A DNA stretch of 64,000 bases from the NCBI RefSeq assembly GCF_017792385.1, contig NZ_CP051230.1:710827-774826 (forward strand). Reading direction: 5' to 3'. The number at the start of each line of letters is the position of its first letter. Positions within the stretch are counted from its first letter, which is position 1. This stretch comes from Hyphomonas sp. GTDB taxonomy: Bacteria > Pseudomonadota > Alphaproteobacteria > Caulobacterales > Hyphomonadaceae. The notes under the pieces were generated by a model, which saw only the letters and a list, made by a program, of their open reading frames with translations, had not been told where the DNA came from and made no database searches. The translations under genes and the position numbers were made by a program. Shown here in pieces: positions 30,749 through 36,256 of this stretch.

Positions 30749-31564
30749 CTATACCAGATAATTCAATGCTTTAGCCGATTTCGCAGGTGTCTCGGACTTT
30801 CGCTTTTCAAGGAAGTTGTTCAACGCCTTTCGGTCGCCTTCTGTCAAGTATGGCTCAACGCCACTATCTGCGAGCATCGCGGCAATATCTAGAGCGTTAA
30901 TGTCTCGGCAAAGTGCAGAAGAAACTCCGGCATGGTTCGCCTTCTCGTCTTCACTCATGTGAACAGTCAACCATTCAGACAGCCTGTTGATATAGTCTGC
31001 AGAAGGATCAAGATTTTCTGCCGACCACTTCGGACCCGTAAAAGAGTGACCATGATCGATTAGCCAGATAGCATCCTTTCCACCAAAAATCAGGTTTCCT
31101 GCATGCCGGTCGATATTTGCGACCCACGTGTCAAAAGCATATAACTTACCCAAATCTGCCCAAGCGATTAGTTCTTTTAGCAGACCAAGAATTTGGCCGT
31201 GGTCTACGGCCTGCAGTCTAAATCTCAGGCTTGGCGTGCTAACATCCGCACTGGCAAGAACAAGAGGAAGACCATCAACGGTTTTGGGACCTTTTTTTGC
31301 AGGCAGGCTATTATCTCTCACGACTGCCAGATAAGTGATGGGGATGGGCAGCCCTAGAGCAGTGGCGCATGCTGAAGCTAGCAATTCATTACAAAGCTCC
31401 TTCGGCTCAAGGTCCTTCAAGATTGCAGAACAAGTTGTCAAACCCGCCGTAAGTATCTGTCCGCGGTAAGTATCGTTCACATTGCCTTCTTTGAAGGGCT
31501 GAGCGCCAGCCAGAACCGAAGCCAACCGTATGGATTGGTGTTTTGGTATTTCTGTGGTCAACAC
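30749..31564 (-). CDS. HipA-family Ser/Thr kinase
   Basis: Lys (AILK), alphaC Glu (CNELL), catalytic DRHAGN and Mg-binding IDHG motifs intact; low GC; GTG start. Confidence 0.85.
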   Translation of the reverse strand: MLTTEIPKHQSIRLASVLAGAQPFKEGNVNDTYRGQILTAGLTTCSAILKDLEPKELCNELLASACATALGLPIPITYLAVVRDNSLPAKKGPKTVDGLPLVLASADVSTPSLRFRLQAVDHGQILGLLKELIAWADLGKLYAFDTWVANIDRHAGNLIFGGKDAIWLIDHGHSFTGPKWSAENLDPSADYINRLSEWLTVHMSEDEKANHAGVSSALCRDINALDIAAMLADSGVEPYLTEGDRKALNNFLEKRKSETPAKSAKALNYLV

Positions 31565-31712
31565 TCCCCCCCTATTTGAACCTACATCTATCTTTCATGG
31601 CTCGATCTGTCTATCATAGATTGCTATGCGGACGGGGTTCATACACCCTTAATTTCTGAAAGATATCTGCCCACATATGGGACCGCCCAGCACCGCACCA
31701 CTTCGCCGTGCC

Positions 31713-31995
31713 GTAGCAGGCGGGTTAGCGAAGCGTAACCCGCCTGCCGCCCCTTCGTCCTTCGACCCCGGCTTTCACCGGGGCAAGCCCCGCTCAGGAT
31801 GAGTCCGCTTCTTGCGGCTGGCTCCGCGCTCCAACGGCGGGAGACCCCGGCATGCGCCGGGGATGCGGACTTTGCGGGGATAGAGGTTTGCACTCTCCCC
31901 CCGCAGGCCCCTGCGGCGGCAGGGGCCCATCTCCAGCTCCCTCCTCAAGCGCTTCAGGCGATGGCGGGAGATGGATACCTGCCTTCGCAGGTATC
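31713..31995. repeat. Cluster of REP-like palindromic elements (left block)
   Basis: GTAG-GCAGGCGGGTTA/TAACCCGCCTGC hairpin (31713-31747); GTCCTTCGA...CTCAGGATGAG type; CCCCGGCATGCGCCGGGG; GATACCTGC-CTTC-GCAGGTATC. Confidence 0.8.
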
Positions 31996-32009
31996 TCCGG
32001 GCTTGAATT

Positions 32010-32600
32010 ATCGCCCTCACCATCCCCCCACCACACTCGCCGCACCGGCCCGAGATGGGCCCCCAGATGGCCTGTGGCCATCGGGGGTGACGACCTTTTG
32101 GGAGGAGAGATCGGCCTTTCCCAATCCGACGCACAGCCCCTCATGCGATGATGGTGACCTGCCCTTCCGGGAGCCGGATCAGGTACCGTTCTGGTCGGAG
32201 AGGCAGGGACAGGATGGGCCTTGCGGGAGACAGACGGTCCCGCATGGCCCTAGGCAGGTCAGGCCAGGGTGAGCCTGCGAAAGCAGGTAGGGAACCCGCC
32301 TCGTCCGGCAGCCCGGGAGACATCCCCGGATGGACTTCCCGTGTGAAAAGCACGGAAGACCCGTTCGTGCGGCGCCGGTAACGAAGACCCGGGACCATGG
32401 GCCCCCATGAGGGTGTCCCGCCGAAGCCCCTGTCCGGCGCGGCGGGCGGTAACGCTCCATTCCGTAGCCTTGTTCAGTTCCAGGCGGAGCGCCACGGCGC
32501 CCGCCGCGCCATGGCTCTGTTGGGGCCGGTTGTTGGATCCCCGGATGGCGCGCGCCAGTCCGGCCAAACGCGTTGGAGGAAACCTCGCAGACCCCCACCT
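32010..32600. other. ~590-nt highly structured non-coding element (ncRNA or foldback element)
   Basis: Many perfect stems, e.g. TGACCTGCC/GGCAGGTCA, CCTGC-GAAA-GCAGG, and a 13-bp GGCGCGGCGGGCG/CGCCCGCCGCGCC; no credible CDS. Confidence 0.6.
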
Positions 32601-33015
32601 GTCCTCCCCCTTGCAGGGGGAGGAACGCAGACAGCAGCCGCCTTGCTTGAGGGGCCGTTCTCCCCCTTGCAAAGGGGGAGTTAGAGGGGGATCGCGATGG
32701 CATGGCCATCGCCCTTCGCCAGCTCAGGCGGAGGGGGGTGAGGCAGGACAGGCCCGGCGCAGCGATACCCGCCAACCCCGTCCCGCCTTCAACCCTGTCA
32801 TCCCGGAAAATCCGTCAGGATTTATCCGGGACCCAGACACTGGGTGCGGGATGACAGGAACGGGACGATACAATCCGTCCTTCTGCTCCCCCGCCTGCGG
32901 AGGAGGTGGCAGGCGGCGCAGCCGGCTGACGGAGGGGGGATTCCGGACCCGCGGCACCAGCCCCCTCCGCCTCGCGGGGCTCGGCACCTCCCCCGCATGC
33001 GGGGGAGGATTTCCC
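32590..33015. repeat. Cluster of REP-like palindromic elements (right block)
   Basis: CCTCCCCCTTGCAGGGGGAGG, CTCCCCCTTGCAAAGGGGGAG, TGTCATCCCGG...GGGATGACA, CTCCCCCGCCTGCGGAGGAG, CCTCCCCCGCATGCGGGGGAGG. Confidence 0.8.
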
Positions 33016-33016
33016 C

Positions 33017-34375
33017 CTATGCCATCAGGGCGCCGGCGATCAGGTAGAGCGCCACGGCCAGCCCGCCGGTGACCAGCGCATAGGGCATCTGGGTGCGGAC
33101 ATGGTCGATATGGTCACAGCCCGCCGCCAGCGAGGCGATGATCGTCGTGTCGGAGATCGGCGAGCAATGGTCGCCGAAGACACCGCCGCCCAGCACCGCT
33201 GCCAGCACCAGCGAGGGCGGCAGGCCGAGCGCGGCGGCGAGCGGCATGGCGATGGGGATCATGATGCCATAGGTGCCCCAGCTGGTGCCGGTCATGAAGG
33301 CGGTCACGCCCGCCACGACAAACAGCACGGCCGGCACGATGACCGGCAAGACGAACTGGGCCGCAACGCCCGACAGGAAGGCCCCCGTGCCGAGCACGCG
33401 CAGACTGTCGCCGAGCGCGATGGAGAGGAAGAGAATGGTCACCACAGGCACCATTTCGGCAATCCCGGCAAAGCCGCGTGCCTGCAGGCCGCCCTTCGGA
33501 AAGGCCTTGCCCAGCGCCAGCAGCCCGGCCGCCACGGCCATGGCCAGGCACACCGCCCAGAGGATCGACTGGCTGCCGCTGCCGGCCAATATGTTGCCGC
33601 CGCCGGTCCAAGCCATGAAGCCGAGCGCGCCGGCAATCATCACGGCCAGCGGCAGCCACATATATATCGCGCGCGTCGGCGCGACGGGCGCGTCTGCTTC
33701 GGCCTGCACGCCGGCGCCCTGCCCCGCCGTTTTCATCGGGCCGAAGACCCGGCCGGTGAACACGGTGGCATATACGCCGGCCAGCGTCAGGAGGGCATAG
33801 AAATTCCACGGGATCGTGCCCGCCACCACGCCGATCGGACTGTCAAAGCCATAGGGCTCGACCAGGCCGAGCGCATAGGCGCCCCAGCCATTCAGCAGGA
33901 TCAGCGCGCTGATCGGGGCCGAGGTGGAATCGATGATATAGGCGAGCCGCTCGCGCGACAGGCCATGCGCATCGAACAGGCGCTGGCCCAGCACGCCGCT
34001 GCTCAGCAGGCTGACATTTGTCTCGACGAAGATGGCTGTGCCCGCCAGCGCCGGGGCCAGGGCAGCGCGGCGCGGCGTCGATGCCAGGCCCCGCCGCATC
34101 AGGCCGCGCACCAGCGCCTCGACGCCGCCGGAATCGCGCATCCAGGCGATCAGCGCACCGATCAGCAGGCAGAACAACAGGACGCGTGTATTGCCGGGGC
34201 TCTCGAACACGCCGACCGCACGGTCAATCGCGCCCAGCGCGCCGAGGCCCGGATGAAAGCCGGCAATCAGTGTTTCCGAGGCCAGCAATGCCAGGCCCAG
34301 CGCGGCATAGACATTGCGCGTCGCCAGCGCGACCAGGATCGCCAGCACGGGCGGCAGTATCGTCAGAATGTCCAG
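33017..34375 (-). CDS. Na+/H+ antiporter NhaC family protein
   Basis: RERLAYIIDSTSAP, FMTGTSWGTYGI, GGVFGDHCSPISDTTIIAS...HIDHVRTQMPYA. The start is extended to CTG 34375 behind a perfect AAGGAGG; the track start is GTG 34348. Confidence 0.9.
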   Translation of the reverse strand: MDILTILPPVLAILVALATRNVYAALGLALLASETLIAGFHPGLGALGAIDRAVGVFESPGNTRVLLFCLLIGALIAWMRDSGGVEALVRGLMRRGLASTPRRAALAPALAGTAIFVETNVSLLSSGVLGQRLFDAHGLSRERLAYIIDSTSAPISALILLNGWGAYALGLVEPYGFDSPIGVVAGTIPWNFYALLTLAGVYATVFTGRVFGPMKTAGQGAGVQAEADAPVAPTRAIYMWLPLAVMIAGALGFMAWTGGGNILAGSGSQSILWAVCLAMAVAAGLLALGKAFPKGGLQARGFAGIAEMVPVVTILFLSIALGDSLRVLGTGAFLSGVAAQFVLPVIVPAVLFVVAGVTAFMTGTSWGTYGIMIPIAMPLAAALGLPPSLVLAAVLGGGVFGDHCSPISDTTIIASLAAGCDHIDHVRTQMPYALVTGGLAVALYLIAGALMA

Positions 34376-34469
34376 GGCCCGGCCTCCTTGCGTGCACGCG
34401 GCTCACCTAAGCGCATTCGCCGCCCGATGCCCAGCGCCCTGTATGACGGGCGGGGGCGCGGCCGGGATT

Positions 34470-34498
34470 TTGACCCAGGATTCGGGCCCGGTCACAAA
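34470..34498 (+). promoter_or_regulatory. Candidate sigma70 promoter of the large ncRNA
   Basis: TTGACC (34470-34475)-N17-CACAAA with a GANTC (34479-34483) in the spacer; the -10 element is weak. Confidence 0.35.
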
Positions 34499-34519
34499 AC
34501 TGTGAAATTCTCGTCGGAA

Positions 34520-35075
34520 GGGACTCGACTCAAGGGCAGTTTTGGGGAATCATTTCGGTTAGCCAACGAAATCCGGGCGGGCGCCAACCCGCTTCAGGAG
34601 CGGCGGCAAGTACATCGCCCTCGACGGAAGGGCCGGGCCAGAAGCAAGGCTGCGAGAGCAGCGGCGCAAAGGGCCAGGCGGGACCGCGAGACAAGGCAGG
34701 CGATGTCTTCGATGAGGGGAGCTAGACCCCGAGCGAAGGGCTGTAGGACGTGACCGGAGCGCGATCCGAAACACGTCACCAAAGGAAAATCCGAAAGGAT
34801 TTCCGGCGGTTAGGTCAGGCTGACGCGAACTCGCCCGTGCGAATGAGGGAAAGTCTGATCCGGGAGACGGCCTTGGGCGCAAGCCCGCTCGCAAGATGTG
34901 TGGCGGCGACCAGACCGGATCCTGACAAAGGGCAAAAGAAAAGGCCCGCTTTCGCGAGCCCGATCCTTGCCCGGTGTCAATCGAGGACCGACAACGAGTG
35001 CATGCACAATGTCTCGATAGTCTGATTCGAAGCACCAGAGAAGGTGTGATCGTCCGCGATCACACCTTCTTTTTT
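34520..35075 (+). ncRNA. Large ornate non-coding RNA, ROOL-like candidate
   Basis: About 540 nt with no credible CDS. Nested helices: GAATCA/TGATTC, ATCCGG/CCGGAT, ACATCGCC/GGCGATGT, GACGTG/CACGTC, TCAGGCT/AGTCTGA, GGGCAA/TTGCCC. GNRA tetraloops on the + strand and its own terminator. The 5' end is approximate. Confidence 0.75.
35039..35075 (+). terminator. Rho-independent terminator closing the ncRNA
   Basis: AGAAGGTGTGATCG-TCCG-CGATCACACCTTCT 14-bp perfect stem plus a T-run; no + strand CDS upstream needs it. Confidence 0.92.
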
Positions 35076-35210
35076 GCGCGCGGCGGTTTTCCGGAATTCG
35101 CCTCTTGCGCGAGTCCGGCCGCAGACGCCGCCGCAACCCCTGCCCCGTCTCGCGCGTAGTCTCTGCGAACCCGATCCCTGACACGCCCCATCCCGAAAGG
35201 CCCCGCCCCC

Positions 35211-36188
35211 ATGCTCGCCCTGCTCGAACCCGTCTTCGTGTTGATCGGCGTGTGGGGCCTGTTCGCCGCCCTCGCGCCAAAGCTGCGCACGGAAATCTGG
35301 TGGATGCGCATCTGGGTCTATGGCCGGCTGCAGACCTGCCTCATCCTGTTCGCGGCCCTCGGCCTGTATCTCGCGCTCTATCCCGTCGGCGACATCGGCA
35401 CGGCCACCCTGCTGATGGCCTATGCGGTCGGCCTGTCGATCTGCGCGCTGGACATCTGGCCCTATTTGCCCGGCCGGAAGCGCGAATTGCGCCGTGCCCG
35501 GCCCGGCAGTCCCGGCACCCCGCTGTCCGTGCTGCTGCTGAACGTGCTGCAGGAGAATGAGGACCATGCTGCCGTGCTCGCCCGCATCCGTGACAGCGAT
35601 GCCGACATTGTCTTCCTGTCGGAAACCAATGCCCGCTGGCGCGCCGCCCTTGCCCCGCTGGAGGCCGATTATCTCCACACCTTCCTGCTCGACAAGGAAG
35701 ACCATAACGGCCTCCTCTTCTATTCGCGCCATCCCGTCACACGCACCCAGGAACGTTATCTCTGCCAGGATCATGTGCCGTCCCTGACCATGGACATCGA
35801 TCTGGCCGGCCGCGAGGTGCGCCTCTACTGCATCCATCCGCGCCCCCCCCGCCCGCGCGATGACACGCAACATCTCGATGACGAATTGATGATCGTGGCC
35901 GATGAATTGCGCGAACAGCACCGCCCTGCCCTCGTGATCGGCGATTTCAACGAGGTCGGCTGGTCGTGGATGGTGAAGGAGTTCAAGCAGCATGGTGGCC
36001 TGTGCGATCCGAAACGGGGCCGTGGCCTGTACAATTCCTATGGCGCGAAGTCGCCCTTCCTGGCCTGGCCGCTGGACCATGCCTTTGCCACGCCGCACTT
36101 CGATCTGACGCGCATCTGCCGCCTGCGTCCGTGCGGATCGGACCATTATCCCATCCTGTACGGCTTCCACCTCCGCCCCGGCCCTTGA
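35211..36188 (+). CDS. Endonuclease/exonuclease/phosphatase family protein with N-terminal TMs (YafD-like)
   Basis: LLNVLQEN, FLSETN, IGDFN, PLDH and GSDHYPI motifs. Confidence 0.9.
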   Translation: MLALLEPVFVLIGVWGLFAALAPKLRTEIWWMRIWVYGRLQTCLILFAALGLYLALYPVGDIGTATLLMAYAVGLSICALDIWPYLPGRKRELRRARPGSPGTPLSVLLLNVLQENEDHAAVLARIRDSDADIVFLSETNARWRAALAPLEADYLHTFLLDKEDHNGLLFYSRHPVTRTQERYLCQDHVPSLTMDIDLAGREVRLYCIHPRPPRPRDDTQHLDDELMIVADELREQHRPALVIGDFNEVGWSWMVKEFKQHGGLCDPKRGRGLYNSYGAKSPFLAWPLDHAFATPHFDLTRICRLRPCGSDHYPILYGFHLRPGP

Positions 36189-36221
36189 TCCCTGTCAGAT
36201 TGGCATGCCCGGAAATCGCGT

Positions 36222-36237
36222 GTAACCTCTGCTTAAC
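36222..36237. promoter_or_regulatory. CtrA-binding site upstream of the caspase-domain lipoprotein
   Basis: GTAA-CCTCTGC-TTAAC, one mismatch to TTAA-N7-TTAAC, 20 nt before the ATG. Confidence 0.55.
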
Positions 36238-36256
36238 CAATACCGAGGGGACGGTG

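Noticed and set aside
32160-32190. TPP riboswitch-like ACCTGATCCGG..CCGG on the minus strand
   Set aside because: It lacks the upstream GGG..CTGAGA element and the TAAT/GCGTAGG segment, and no thiamine gene lies downstream.
32179-32775. 198-aa ORF and other ORFs across 31640-33015
   Set aside because: They are Arg/Gly/Pro-rich translations of GC palindromes, with no RBS or family motifs.
26550-33015. Prophage or integrative element around uvrB
   Set aside because: No integrase, transposase, phage structural gene, tRNA or flanking direct repeat was seen.
35023-35037. tRNA-like 3' end (TTCGAA...ACCA) of the large RNA
   Set aside because: The spacing between TTCGAA and CCA is far too short for a T-arm plus acceptor stem, and these bases pair better with the RNA's 5' end.
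34520-35075. RNase P RNA, two-piece tmRNA, SRP, 6S, or group I/II intron as the identity of the large RNA
   Set aside because: There is no GAGGAAAGTCC RNase P core, no ANDN-type tag frame or GGGGC..TCCACCA tRNA-like domain, no SRP loop, and no group II domain V. It interrupts no gene. GAATGAGGGAAAGTCTGATCCGGGAG and GATAGTC only loosely echo intron motifs.
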